Part shown: one piece after another, positions 41,933-56,040 of the stretch
How positions within the stretch are numbered: position 1 is the first letter of the stretch
Layout: each line of letters starts with the position of its first letter
Assembly (NCBI RefSeq): GCF_009914755.1
Contig: NC_060937.1
Source: the human T2T-CHM13v2.0 reference genome, Homo sapiens
DNA: 64,000 bases
Reading direction: 5' to 3' (one strand)
Position numbers and translations under genes: made by a program
The notes under the pieces: generated by a model
What the model was told of the DNA's origin: nothing
The model's input: the letters and a program-made list of their open reading frames with translations, nothing else
Databases searched by the model: none

Positions 41933-44900
41933 TTATTCCTAAAATACACATGCCTGGGAGACATAGCACAAGAATATGAATCCATATTATATTACATAAA
42001 TCTATATTATGGTGAAACTGACATATCCAATCCCAAACTAAGTTTAACTGGGGTAGTTTTCAGAACCTGAAGAGGGGCAGGCGTGACATGGAAGAAGAAA
42101 AGCAGGTGTCAAAAGATGAGTCTTGGGCTTTTATGGTAATATTTGTTTCTTTATCAATTTTAACACATAGATTTGGGAATGGTAAGAAAATGCAGCTCAA
42201 ACATATTATTTGTGCTATTCACCCATGAACAATGTAAAATGTATGATAAAGAAATATGAAACTGCCATGGGAAAGAGAGGTTTGAATTTTCTAAAGATTT
42301 AAAAGATTTGTGTCACATTGTTTATTCTTCATTAAGTGTTAGAGGAATAGATGTATTAATTCATGAAGAGAATGAAAGACAGAATGTCAGGGCTTATTAT
42401 ATTTTTCTTATGCAGTCTCTGATAAAGTATATGACTTGGCATGAATGAGACATCTCACTTCTCTTTCTTTTAGTTTTTGATGAATAAAATGAAAGAGATA
42501 GTAATAGGCTGTCTCTAAATGGTAGCATTGGCCATCAAAAACGGACCAAAGGGCATGATAAAGAGGGCACTGGGTTTTGGGGTCACTAAATGCTTGTCTC
42601 CAAATAAGTACAAAGTGGGAAAGAAATATTTCTTTGTGATTTTAAGGTTTTAGAGGGGAGTGATAATCATTGGCTAGCTGCATTCATTGGCTCAGAATTA
42701 TGCAATGCTAATGGTTTTGAAGCCTGACTAAGAAATCTCAGCTGTCAGAAAAACTGCACAATTGAAAGTAATTATGGAAGTTTGAAGGAATCCAAACCAT
42801 TTCCATAATCCATTGGTTCTTGTCCAACTAGGGTGTCCTCCTTTTTTTTTTTTTTTTTTTTTGACTGTGTGAAATATTATGTAATTTGCTCTAAAAGTCT
42901 TGGATGTAATTTGCCCAAATTTCTTCCCAACTCTTTCATAAGTTATCAGTTAAAAGTTTCCTTTCAACAAATGGATTACGCTGCAGAAATTACTGAAGCC
43001 ACCTGAAATCCTTTTTGAAACAAAGCAGAGTAAATAATTGTCCCACTGCATAAATAGATAAATGACATAGCCTGCTGACATAATTTGCTACCTTTTGAAT
43101 TATTATCATTTCAAAGCTTATCAATCTTTTTTTCACTGTTCCATTCTATTTTGCTAATGACAGGGAAGGAGCTAAGAACATTTGAATTAATTATGCAAAT
43201 AAATTCGTATTAATCTTTCTAGAAACTGGGGTGCTCATTTTAGTATCAGTAAAGCTATTTCCATGGCTGTTTGTGGAGATAATAGATGACAGAAAAATAG
43301 AATATTATAATAGACTGAGAAAAATATCTTTGAATTACAACAAATACAATTTAATTTAGGCTTAACGCAGGACATTTCCCTCTGGTAGATGAAGGCTGTA
43401 GTTTTTTTAGACCTTATTTATAGTTCGATTATGAATAGACACAGGAAAGAGGAACTTGGGGTGGGGTGCAGCATATTAATGTATTTTCATACATTTCCTT
43501 TTTTGCAAAAGTGAAATATGTAATATTTAGAGTTATAAGTAAAATTTTGGGGAGGCTTATCAAGAGTCTTCAGAATCATTTTTCTAGAGCCATTTCTGAG
43601 ATGAGGATCAGCAGACGTCTCGTCTGACTGATGTAATCAGGAGAAGTGGCTGCAGGCCTGATAAGTAATGATCTGCATTTCTATGCTGGGCTAGGGGATG
43701 GGGCAGGATTGTTTTGCAGACAGAAATAACTGGACAACCATTCTCGTTTCTGAGGACTGAGGAGGGTAAAGTAGAAGCCTGCAAATTATATGCTTGGAAA
43801 TTCTCTTGGCCAAAAATCTTCTAGCAATAAAACTTTTGTAATAAGCCTCTTCTCCAAGTTTAGTATTCTTTTGTTATTAAAACTGCTTGGAAAGATATAG
43901 TTAGTTTAACGTTCTGAGGAAAACTAATCATTCATTACCAACTTCAAATAGAAAACGGAAAGAATATTAGTAAAAGAGAAAGAAGACTATGAACTGGACA
44001 TTTCAATGAGTGTTCAGTATAAACATAGCTATACTTTTGAAAGGGAAAGTGTGGAAAAGTGATTACAAAGCCTACATTTTTCTGGCATACCAAAGAGTCA
44101 AAGGTTTACATGTTAATCTAAAATCTGACTGGGGTTTGAGGACCAGAGTGAATAGGGGCTGAATCTCTATCCATCTTTGTGTTCCCAGGGTCTAGCACAA
44201 GGGACAAAGAGTAGGGGTTCCATGAATGATTGCTAGGCAGCATAAATAATTTTAAATTACAGGAAACCCCCAAGCCTGATTCTAGCCAGTAATGCCAACC
44301 GCACTTCCTACTAAATCTTTTATTCATGCACTCAATCCCTTTTTCAATTGAATAGTTTGAATTTCATCTCTTTTTGACACTATATTTATGAAGCCTTTGA
44401 ATCAATTATTTTGTTCTTAACATGCTTTTTGGTACCAAGATATTATACATGACAGTGAAAAAGGGGTAGAAAATCAATGTCAAGTGAATGGCTTTGTGAG
44501 TGATTGACTACACGCTGAATCCAATGGATGCAATGCCTTACCCCCCAAGGCTACAAAATTGGAGGACAGCATGAAGCTGCCCCAGAAGATAGGTTGATCC
44601 ACATCTGACACAGAGACTGCCGAGAAGTACACCTGTCCTGTGTCATTCACAGGCCCAAGGTGAGTCCTGTGAGGTCATTACTAACAGTGACACCCAGAGA
44701 GACTCTCTCATGCTGTCAATCAGGGTTGGCTGTGCATCAGTTGATGGGTGCCCAAGTGTCTTACTTGGGTGAAGCAGACAGGATCCATGTGATTTAGGCT
44801 CTGTATTTCAAAGGAAAGCATGGCGGCCTGACAACTGAAGTGTACATTGAGCATTTTGTTGAAAATCAAATAAACAACACTACTTAAAAAATAACAACAA

Positions 44901-46507
44901 CAACAACCAACCTCTTGAATTTTTTAGTTTGTTATAAAGGTATCATCTCTATCTTCTGCCCCTATTGTATGGTTTTGAGAAGAGAGATGAGAAGGTATAA
45001 ATTCCATCAGGTGGGAATTCCTGTTTTGCTCATTGCTGTGTTTTCCGTGGCCAGCAGAGTGCCAGACATACAGTAGATACTTAAGCAGTATGTGTTGAGT
45101 GAACATTGGATAGGGTGAGAGAAATATGGAAGTAAGGCTGAGTATATGGCTGGGTAGTCAACACTTGGATGTCTTTTTTCTGTCTTTTCTTGCATTTATT
45201 TTCTCTAATCTTTTAAACCTATTTTTCATATACCTTATATGTATAAGGTCCTATATAAGGCACTTTGAAGTTCTTGGAGAGTTTCCTCATACATTTGTAT
45301 TAATTTACTTATTTATCCACTTAACAAATATTTGTTGTTCATTTAACAAGGTATGTATCACTATTGAATTTTTTTCTAAAAATAGTACCATTTTAACTGT
45401 TATCCTCTAATGAAATTATAGTTTGGAAGCAAAGACCAAGCAGTAAAAAATAGTGAGAAGGATCTAAACTGATCGAAAAGATGTAATAACATGGACCATT
45501 AATCCCACAAAGTAGTGTATTCCACTGAGCAATATTAAATTGTAGAAAGAACAGTCTAATAAAATATCACCCTAGGCACTTTCAAAGAAGAATAGTTGAT
45601 ACCAAATTGGCTAAAGGAAGATTTAGTCATAAGATCTTTTGAGAATAAAAAGTTTGAATAGATGATATAAAAATACAACTTTTGACTGATTTCATTGCAG
45701 TAGCTAATATAAATAGTTATTATGCTATGTGACCTAGAGCCCAGTAAAATAGAATTTTTTAGTCTTGAAGTTTCAGATTACCTTTATGCCTTAATAGGCT
45801 TAAAAGCTTAAAACATTTGACTTAACCAATATCAAATACTTCTTAATGAATATAAATGATTCAGGAAGAAAACATGAATCCTAATAGATTCCCATTTGAA
45901 ATTGGGAGGTACATTAAAGTCATTATGTCCAAATTTCCTATCTTCTGGAAAGGAAATTGAGGTCAAGAGAGGGCAAGTGACTGATTCAGCATTGCACATG
46001 TAGGGTACATGACTTCTACTACAGTTTTCTCTGCACTATATAGCCATACTTCCATTGCACATTAATACACTAGCTTTCTAGTCCAACACAATCTTGCTTG
46101 ACTTTGGATGGTCTAACTTATTAAATTTATCATGTTATTCCCATATCGACTCTCAAAACCAAAGCTTTCCCCACATCAACAGGAATCTACTTGGACCCTA
46201 TTGCCAGATAGGGATTGTTTGAGTACAGTGAAATATGACTAACTGGAAACTTATCTGAATTTAAATGTGATTGGCTCAAAGAGTGGCTTATGCCCTTTTT
46301 GTACTTTATTGGTGACATGTCAGTAAGAGGAAATCCAACTTTATTAACCAAATGCTCCTCATCCTTGGACTGCCCCAAAGTCATATTTCTTCTAATTTAT
46401 TCAATTTGGGGAACCATGTTATAGATAAGGAGACTGAGGCCCAAGGAAGGTCTTGAAGGAAGTGTGTGGCAGAGCTGCTATTGAAATCCCAGGCTACATC
46501 CTCCACC

Positions 46508-46952
46508 TAGGATGGGTAATTTTATGTGTCAACTTGGCTAGGCCATAAAGCCCAGTTTTGTTTGGTCAAATATAAATCCTAACATTGCTGTGGATGTATG
46601 TTTTAGATGTGATTAAGATTTAAATCAGTAGACTTAAAGCAGATGACCCTGTGTGATTTGGGTAGGCCTAATCCAATCAGCCAATGGATTTAAGAGAAAA
46701 GACTAAGGTTTCTTGAAAAAGAAAAAAATTCTTTTCAAGTGTTAAACATAGAAGTTCTGCCTGAGTTTCCAGCTTGCATCCCTGCAAAATTTGGACTCAA
46801 GGTTGCAACATTTTAACTCTTCCCTGAATTTCCAGCCTTGGGGGCTGATGCAGATTTTGGACTTGTCACTTCTACAACCGAGCCAATTCCCTAAAGCTTC
46901 TTTCTCTCTATCTTCTATGGATTCTGTTTCTCTGGAGTACCTTGACCAATAG
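46508..46952 (+). mobile_element. MLT2D-type ERVL solo LTR
   Basis: TAATTTTATGTGTCAACTTGGCTAGGCCAT start; ATTCTGTTTCTCTGGAGTACCTTGACCAATA end. Confidence 0.85.
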
Positions 46953-48904
46953 TCCTTGCATGCTCTTTCTGTGTACCTTTTGTGTCCTAAAGCTAGACTT
47001 TGAAGTGAGAAAAAAAAAAATCTGCTATGGAGACCATGAGCCCTTGCAGGAGGATGAACTGTGACTCCATTTGAAAGAGAGATACCCAGAGAGGCCAGGC
47101 CTTACCCAGAGATCAAGGTGGCAGCATTGGAGCTGGGTTTTGACAGGCACAGCTGCAAATGCTCACAGGACCAGCAGCATTGGAAAAGTAATCACCAGAG
47201 CCCTCCACGAAGCCCCTGATGGGATAGATCGGACTTAAGAACAACAGTATCAACAAAGAGAATTTTCAGGAAAAGAAGCTCTGCCTTGCTTGTTTAATTA
47301 AAAAAGAAGATATATGGGAAGACATTTTGCAGAATGCCTTTTTAGAAAGGCAAAAAAAAAAAAAAAGAAAGAAAATTCCTCCTACCTAAAGTAAAACATC
47401 AACACTCTTGAATAGAAAAGAATTTAGATTCTGAACTAAATGGTTTAATGAGGGACAGATAATAAGTGTGAATTGAAACTAATTGGTGTTTCAGATCACT
47501 GAGCTGGTTGAAAAACCATTTGTGATGAGGTCTGTATAAGTTAACAGTCGCTTTTAAATGCCCAATTAAACATCGTTCTGTCCCTAGTGAGAATAAAAAA
47601 ATGTATTGTTGCTTATTGCTCTATACTTAACCAAATGATTAAAGTGGGTAATCTGAACAGATTTATTTTTTGTGTGTGGTAAAAGGCTCTTTTTTCCCGA
47701 GTAGGCTGATGTAGGTAGCCTTTGGACAATGACACATTGTGTCACATACAGACAAGAATGCCACCTCGCAGTGAGCATGCATAATGGGATAATGTGAGAA
47801 AAAGGCCACCAGATTCTTGTTGAACAAAAGGAAAAATAAAGAGACAAGGTGAGAGGTGGCTGGGTCATGGCAGATTTTTTTTCCTCTCCTGGGAGTAATA
47901 ATTAAAAGGGTATCAATAAGAGGATTTAAAAAAATATGCTATTTGGGTGCTAAGGATTAAGGGCACAAGTGTTTGCAATGAATTATATTCAAGAGAGATC
48001 AAGGTTTAATACTTGTAATTTCATTTTACTATGGGCTGAAGCCCTCTGGAATTCAATGAAAAGGTTATTAAGAGGATAGTCGGACAGATGGGGGACTGGA
48101 GAGGGCTCAGAAGGGCTTGCTCTGAGGCCATCACCCGTGGAATCATTTTCTGGGTTTAGGGACGGAAGACCTGGTGTGGAAATGGAGTGATTTCTGAAGG
48201 AAAGTGTCCAGGAGGAGCAGCCTACAAGGTAGAGGGAGTCTCGGGGCATCAACTTTCCTTCCATCTCCTCACCTCCCACCTCCTTCTCTTCTTCCCACTA
48301 CAGTTTCATGCCTTGGGGTAAAGCATGCCATTTCTCTATGGTCTAGTTTTACACCCATAGCTGCACAACAGTGAAAGGAAAAAAAGTATTTTCTGTAATT
48401 AACTTCCCTAAATGTTTTCAAGGTAGTTTATTTGACTCTGCGTGAGCATAAGGTCAGGGGAATATTTTTCTTCTGCAATTCCAGAAAACAAAACAAACAA
48501 GAACCTAACACCAAAGGTGTTAAGAAAAAAAAAGAGAATCATTTAGATTTTTCAAAAATATATTCCAACAAAAACTCTAATGTTATCTGTGCAACTCATT
48601 ATTTTGTGTGGAAACGTCCTCTGATGACGCAGGTGCTAATGAGTGACTTCTTTGAGAGGAGGACATGAAGAAAGGTGGGGACAAGGAGCCAGGAGCCTAC
48701 TGGAAAGATCAGGGTGAAGGAAGAGGTACTCACAGGGTTACTCTGTATTGGCTTCACCTTCCTCTTTCTCCCACTCTCAACTTTGCTGAGAACCAAAGTC
48801 TTGGTGGCGAGTTCAGACATTCAACAGAGTAAGCTCTATCTATTATGTACTGAGCCTATATATTTATTTAGATTCGCATATTTGTGTGTGTATTCATTAC
48901 TACT

Positions 48905-49228
48905 TTTTTTTTCCCTTAAAGACAGAGTCTCACTCCTTTTTCTTAGAGTCTCACTCTGTCACCCAGGCTAGAGTGCAGTGGTGCAATCATGGCTCACTGT
49001 AGCCTCGAACTTCTGGACTCAAGTGACCCTCCTGCCTCAGTCTCCTGAGTAGCTGGGACTACAGACACATGCAACCAAATTGGGCCAATTAAAAAAAAAT
49101 TTTTTTTTTAAGAGATGGGTTCTCATTATATTGCCTAGGCTGGTCTCAAATTCCTGGCCTCAGGAAACCCTCCCTCCTCAGCCTCCCAAAGAGCTAGTAT
49201 TACAGGTGTGAGCCACCTTGCCTGGCCC
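48905..49228 (-). mobile_element. AluJ
   Basis: Antisense Alu with J-type CATGGCTCACTGTAGCCTCGAAC; short duplication of AGAGTCTCACTC. Confidence 0.9.
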
Positions 49229-49731
49229 ATCCATTACTTCTTAATGGCACTTCCTTCCTCTGTTCCTCTAAGCAGTCATTTGCTTCTAACAGCACACATG
49301 GTTTCTTGTATACGATTTGCACTGATGTCTATTGAGTCAACCCGTCAATAGCAGTCCTGGGTTCTGAGACAGTCGTTTTTTTCAGTTGGCCTCAGACCAC
49401 GCTAGTTTGTTTTCCTTTCTGAAGTGGATTACGACATGGGTGCTTTGGCTGTTCTACCTTCTTGACCACTGCTGGGTCCGCTGCTTTAAGCCAATAAGCC
49501 CACCTGTTTGGACATCTAGGTGTGACTTTTCTTTGAGAAAGAGTAAATTTTTTCTCAAATTCTAATTTAAGCCCCTATGGCTTAATTAGACACCCACCCT
49601 GCCAACCCCCCCAGCAAATGTTAGAACAAAGAGTCTCACAACCAATGTTTCAACTGTATTGTTCTGAAGCTTTATTTCCATCTTCCTCCATGCAGCAAAA
49701 GTCCCAATAAAGTAAAAAGAAGAAAAGAGCT

Positions 49732-50306
<575 letters not shown>

Positions 50307-52319
50307 AAGAAAAGAGCTAGTGGAGTGGAAGCTCTTCCACCCCCACCTCCCATGCCCAGGAGAAGGGCCTGCGGGCCTCAAGCACACTGGTCACTCTGGC
50401 ACGAGTGAGGAAGAAGAGCCCTGTAAGGGCTGTATGGGAGAACGCACCCCTTCCTCAACAAGGACTGCTTCCGCCTTTCAGTGTTGCTTCCCAGAGCCTG
50501 AAAGCACACTTGGACTACAATCTCATTTTTTCCTGGACTCAGGCTCTCAGCCCTGATGAAGCCTCACTGCCACTCTCCTGGAGTGAAAACAGTCTAGAGA
50601 TGTGACCTACCCAAATAGATTTAACATACTCCTCTACCGTACAGAAAAGAACAAGGGCTCAGCGACAAAACTATTAGGAAGCCACGAATCACACACAGGG
50701 TTAGTTCAGTCATATGGGATTCAATACTGGAGGACAATTTTGATTTTATTTCTTTCACATTTTACATACTCAGTAGTAGAGGCTGTGAAGGGTCTGAAGA
50801 CCTTCTGTTCTGCCAGGGAAATGGACAGCTTGATGACCAGGCCCTGGGGCAGTCAGCTGAGAATGACTCCTGCCATCAGGGCCCACCTCTTGACTTTTCC
50901 TAGGAACTGACATTTGTCCTCTCACTTCTAACTTCCCTTTATTTCCCAGTGTTACACATTCTTTGATGATTGAGCCTCCTTTATGATCTGCACCCTGTGG
51001 AGTTCTCTCCAGACTAGATGAAGAGTTGAACAGGCTTAATAAATCATTAACATAATACAAAATATTTGAAACAATAATGCCACAATTTGACTACTAGATT
51101 ATATCTACACAGCTAGACAGAAATTTAAATACTAAGGGAGTTAAGTGAACACTTTTACAACTAATTTGATTTATTTATATATTTTTAAAAACAGTAGATG
51201 ATAAAGCAGATATGGAAAAATTCCAAATTACAAAAAGATTAAAATTATTTCTTGCATAATTTATTTTTAAATATATTTTTCCTATACTATAATAACTAGA
51301 GTTAATGATTTTCATTATAAATTGCTAAACATGTTTAATTTCTAAATGCGAAGTCAGAAACCTCTAAACAAAAGATTTGTCATTTAAAACGATCAATTAT
51401 TGTTTTAGACATATTTACTTAAGAAGGAGAAACCTAAAATATACAGCAACTGTGCTTAGAATTGATGAAGCTGAGATATGATGAAAATGAAGTTCATATG
51501 AGGAACATTTAAAAAAAATTAAAAAAACAAGACAAATCGAGTCAGTCATTCACCCTTTTATATAATACTACAGTACTTGTGCTGATTAAAAATGGAGCTA
51601 ATTGTAGGGTAGAAGTTCCTTCAAATTAGAAAATAATTTCTATGAATTTCTAGTTGTTCCGTGGCAAATAATTTAGAATACTAGGGTTTCAATATCAGTA
51701 AATCAACATAAGGACTGAAATAGGCATCATGAGCGTATTTACAAATTATTCCTGTTTCTTGAGGGTTAAATTCTTATGGAATTCATACATGAACACTTTA
51801 CAAATGTGAAAGTGTGGGCTACTTTATCTCAGGTTATGCTCAAGGAAACAATTATGCAAGCTCCGTGCAAAGTACTAGACGTGGAATAAGTGGAGACTAA
51901 TATTATTAAAAACATTAAATAGGCCTTTCCATCAATGAGTCCAATGGATGAAGCTCAAATATTTTCCCTTCGGAAGCTTCCTTTGCCCATTCTATACCTT
52001 GCTGTGCTTCCGCCCTTCCTCCTCACAGCTACAAACCAGAACATTCTTCCCCAAGGATAACGTAGATCTCTGTGCAGTGAAGGCTTTCTTCTCCATGTCC
52101 CTCGGTAGAATTTTATCATTTTTATAGTTTTCTTTATTGTTCACTAAGTGAATTCTTAGTTACCTCATGATTAGAATTATTCGGGTGAATGCAATTTTCC
52201 TTCCCTTATATTTTCTAGTTGCTTTATTCCTGGAGAAATTTTTGTCTATTTGTGTTGCCCTGATATGTCTATGTTTGCTTTTCCTTTATGACTGAAATGA
52301 CCTTTTTGATGAAAAAGTG

Positions 52320-52351
52320 AGTTTAAACTAGCTTACAAGCTAGTTTAAACT
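52320..52351. repeat. perfect palindrome / hairpin, 15-bp arms, 2-nt loop
   Basis: AGTTTAAACTAGCTT-AC-AAGCTAGTTTAAACT. Confidence 0.95.
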
Positions 52352-52781
52352 TTTAGTTTTCTAGGTGAGTGTATATTTTTATCTTCATAGTTATATCTTC
52401 TCCACAGCTTCAAAGCAAAGGCCTTATACGTCCAAGTTAAGGAGCTTACTCCAAAGGAAAAAGGCACATATTGCTTGATTTCTGTTTTCTCTCTTCCTTC
52501 CATGTCATCAGCAGCTCAAATCCTGCCCATGTGATATGTGAACAAACACCAACTTTTCTGTTTTCTGTTCTTTCTTTCTCCAGCCTCATCTGCCAAGCTA
52601 GAGTATATCTTTCAGGGATTCCTAGCTGCACTGTTCTGTGCTCATCTTCCAGGGAAGTTACAAGTTAGTTCCTAATCACCTTTATTTGATCTAAGTGGCA
52701 TCGTATCTGATAGTCATGTAAGTTTGAATCCCAACAGGTTTCTGCGTCAACGGAGATTAATAGTGGCAGTCAGAGAGTGGC

Positions 52782-53807
52782 CCCAATGATGGCCACAGCA
52801 AAACTCCTGGAACATGCGTGTTACCCACCGTGCACAGCAAGAGGGCCTTTGCAGATAAAATTAAGGGTACTGTATTAGGGCTCTCTAAAGGGACAGAACT
52901 AATAGGAAAGATGAATATATGAAGGGGAGTTCATTAGGAAAATTGACTCACACGATCACAAGGTGAAGTCCTACAATCTGTAAGCTGAGGAGCCCAGAAG
53001 CCAGTCCGAGTCCTAAACCCTCAAAAGTAGGGAAGCCGACAGTGCAGCCTACGGTCTGTGGCTGAAGGCCTGAGAGCCCCTGGCAAACCACTGGTGTAAG
53101 TCCAAGGGTCCAAAAGATGAAGAACTTGGAGTCTGATGCTCAAGGGCAGGAAGCATCCAGCACAGGAGAAAGATGGAGGCCAGAAGGCCTAGCCAGTCTA
53201 GTCCTTCCACGCTCTTCTACCTGCTTTATTCTACCTGCACTGACAGCTGATTAGATGGTGCCCACCCAGATTGAGAGTGGATCTGCCTCTCCCAGTCCAC
53301 TGATCAAATGTTAATCTCCTTTGGCGACACCCTCACAGACACACCCAGGAACAATACTTTGTATCCTTCAATCCAATCAAGTTGATACCGGATATTAACC
53401 ATTACAGGTATGATCCTTGAAATTGGAAAACCATTCTAGATTATCAGGGTGAGCCCATCTAGATACATGAGTGTGTCCAAGGGCATGACCTTTCCCTCTG
53501 TGGTCACAGAGAGACATGACGATGGGAGCAGGGCCGGGGAGAGATTTCTTGTTGCTGGCTTTGAAGGTGGAGGAAGGGGATCATGAACCAAGGAATGCAT
53601 AGTGTTTCTAGAAGGTGGAAAAGGTGGGGAAATGGCTTGTTTGCCTGAGCCTCTAGAAAGAAACATGGTCCTGCTGACACTGGATGTTAACTCAGGGAGG
53701 CCTGTGTCAAACTTCTGACCTCCAGGAGTGTCATATAATAAATGTGTGCTGTTTGAAGTCCCTGAATTTGTGGTAATTTGTGATGGCAGCAGTAGAAAAC
53801 TGATACA
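52782..53807 (+). mobile_element. MLT1D-type LTR, split by MLT2A2
   Basis: GGGCCTTTGCAGATAAAATTAAGG|TGATCCTTGAAATTGG continuous across the insertion; GCTGGCTTTGAAGGTGGAGGAAGGGG; AAACTGATACA end. Confidence 0.85.
52871..53406 (-). mobile_element. MLT2A2-type (HERV-L) solo LTR
   Basis: TGTATTAGGGCTCTCTAAAGGGACAGAACTAATAGG...CAATCCAATCAAGTTGA...TTAACCATTACA; TSD GGTAC/GGTAT. Confidence 0.92.
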
Positions 53808-53811
53808 CTGA

Positions 53812-54171
53812 GGTATTGGTCTGCTTAAGCTGCCATCACAGAAGACCACAGACTGGGTGGCTTAAACAACAGAAATTTATTTTCTCACAGTTCTGGAGGC
53901 TGGAAGTCCAAGATCTAGGTGCCAGCATGGTCTGGATCCGGTGAGGGCGCTCTTCACGGTGGGCAGATGGCTGCCTTCTCACTGTGTCCCCGTGTGAGAA
54001 GCGGGTAGAAGAGACGTGCTGCCTCTCTTAGGAGGTAATTACGGTCAAATGAAGTCATAAGGGCGAGGCCACAATGACCTCTTAAAGGTCCTATCTCCAA
54101 ATACAGTCCCAACAGGAGGTAGGGCTTCAACATATGAATTTTGAGGAAGAAGCACAGTTCAGTCCATAGCA
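53812..54171 (-). mobile_element. MLT1A0-type solo LTR
   Basis: ACAGACTGGGTGGCTTAAACAACAGAAATTTATTTTCTCACAGTTCTGGAGGCTGGAAGTCCAAGATC...TTCAGTCCATAGCA. Confidence 0.9.
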
Positions 54172-54364
54172 ATTGATGTAAAATGTTTAAAAATTTGCTT
54201 TTTCTTCCTTTCAGTGCTGTGTGTATGTATGTATCTGTGTTTCACAGGGTGGGAGATGTGCACAGGAATAATTAGTACTTGTGATGATATTGCTCTTTAA
54301 AATATTTTTAAATATTTTAACATATTATTTAAAATGTAAAAATATTATAGTTTAGCTACAGCCA

Positions 54365-54560
54365 CCTTGTATATTGTATTCTTTAAAAATGCAATGAGTG
54401 GATGTTAAATACTCTCACCAAAAAATAGCTGTGTGACATAATGTATATGTTAATTAACTAGATTTAACTATTCCACAATGTATATATACTTCAAAATATC
54501 ATGCTGTACATGATAAGTACATAAAATTGTATCTGTCAGTCTCGTAAAAATTAATAAACA
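54365..54560 (+). mobile_element. L1MA 3' end
   Basis: ATGTTAATTAACTAGATTTAACTATTCCACAATGTATATATACTTCAAAATATCATGCTGTAC followed by AATAAA. Confidence 0.85.
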
Positions 54561-54579
54561 GATTCAAAAAAATTATATT

Positions 54580-54975
54580 TTGCATTTTAAACTTTTATAG
54601 AAAAATAATTTTATTTACAAAAATTTATAAACATTGTGCAGAGAGTTTTCTGTGCTCCTCACCCAGCTTCCTCTATGTTCACACCTTATATAACCATAGT
54701 ACAAGTAGCAAACTGAGGAAGTGAATGAGGATATGAGGCTATTGGCTAAATTACAGGCCACATTAGAATTTTGCCAAGTATTCAAACTGTCTGTTTTCCA
54801 TTCCAGGATCCATTTCAGGATCCCATATCAAGTTTAATTGTCCTGTCTCATTAATTTCCTCCAAATTGTAGCCATTCCTCACTTTTCTTGCCCTTCATGT
54901 CCCTGACAATTTTGAGGAGTACGAGTTGGTTATTTCGTTGAATGTCTTCGACCTGGGTTTAATGTTCCTTTTATT
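54580..54975 (-). mobile_element. L1MC/MD 3' fragment
   Basis: CTCACCCAGCTTCCTCTATG...TTCCAGGATCCATTTCAGGATCCCA. Confidence 0.7.
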
Positions 54976-55639
54976 TTCCAGGGAGGAATCTCCCAGTGTT
55001 TGTGCCATGTTTTGATCTGACTGAAAGCCATAAACATAGCCGAAGCCTGGGCCATCCACAGAAGACCCAATGTTCTCTTTTTCCAAGTGGGCATTTTGTA
55101 TCTCTGAAGAGTTCTAGACTGAGCTACATCAGTAGACCTCTGCATTTAAAGGGAGCAATTCTCATCCGAGGATCCTGATTCTTCTACTGTAGTGCAATTT
55201 CACCACTCTCTCCAAATGTCTCCAAGCAAATTCAAAGCAGCTGAAAATAACTGCATGCCTGAGAGTGAGAGAAATTTCTTAAGTGATCGACCAAATCTGG
55301 GTCTGATTAGTGGGTGGATGCCTCATTGGAGAGGCTGATTTGAGAGTCGGGGTACAAATAATAATGGCTAATAATGGCAAACAATTAGTAATTGCTAGGT
55401 GCCAGGAGTTGTGCTAAATGCTTTACATGAGTAGATAGGATATTGCAGATCTCAACAGTTAAGAAATTTGCTTGTGATCATGTAGTTTGGAGAGTATCAG
55501 AGTCTGAAATGAAGACAACTTGAGGGTCAATAAACAGGAAGAAAAAGTACTCTACAAGACAGTTTATCTGATAACGGTATGATGGAAGATGGCATCAGGC
55601 GGAGGTAAATGGGACGAGGGACTGGAAGAAAACCACTGA

Positions 55640-56040
55640 ATCAAAGACTCTTGGAGTTGAAAGTTTCCTTAGCAACTATCTAGATTCATTAACTTCTTCA
55701 CAGTTGAGAGATTTCTGCATTATTTTTCTTCCATAAATAACCAATCTCTGCTTAATTTTTTACCAGACCACCCCATCTACTCCTGGGCTACCATTACCAT
55801 TCAAGTCTTTTCCCTTCTTTTGGACTAAAAACTACTTTTAAAAATTGTCATCCATTAGTCACAGTCAACCTCTCTGGAGTTAACAAGATAAATATGTGTC
55901 TCTTTCATTTGACAATCCTTCAAGTATTTCAACATAACTATAACATTCTCCTTAAGTCTTTTCATTTCTATTTGCAAGTTCTTCAGCTATTTTTCTTACA
56001 ATATAATTAACAGTCCTTTTGCCAAGCAGGGTCTCTATTA
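55640..56040 (-). mobile_element. L3/CR1 fragment
   Basis: TGACAATCCTTCAAGTATTTCAACATAACTATAACATTCTCCTTAAGTCTT resembles the antisense CR1 ORF2 end. Confidence 0.6.
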
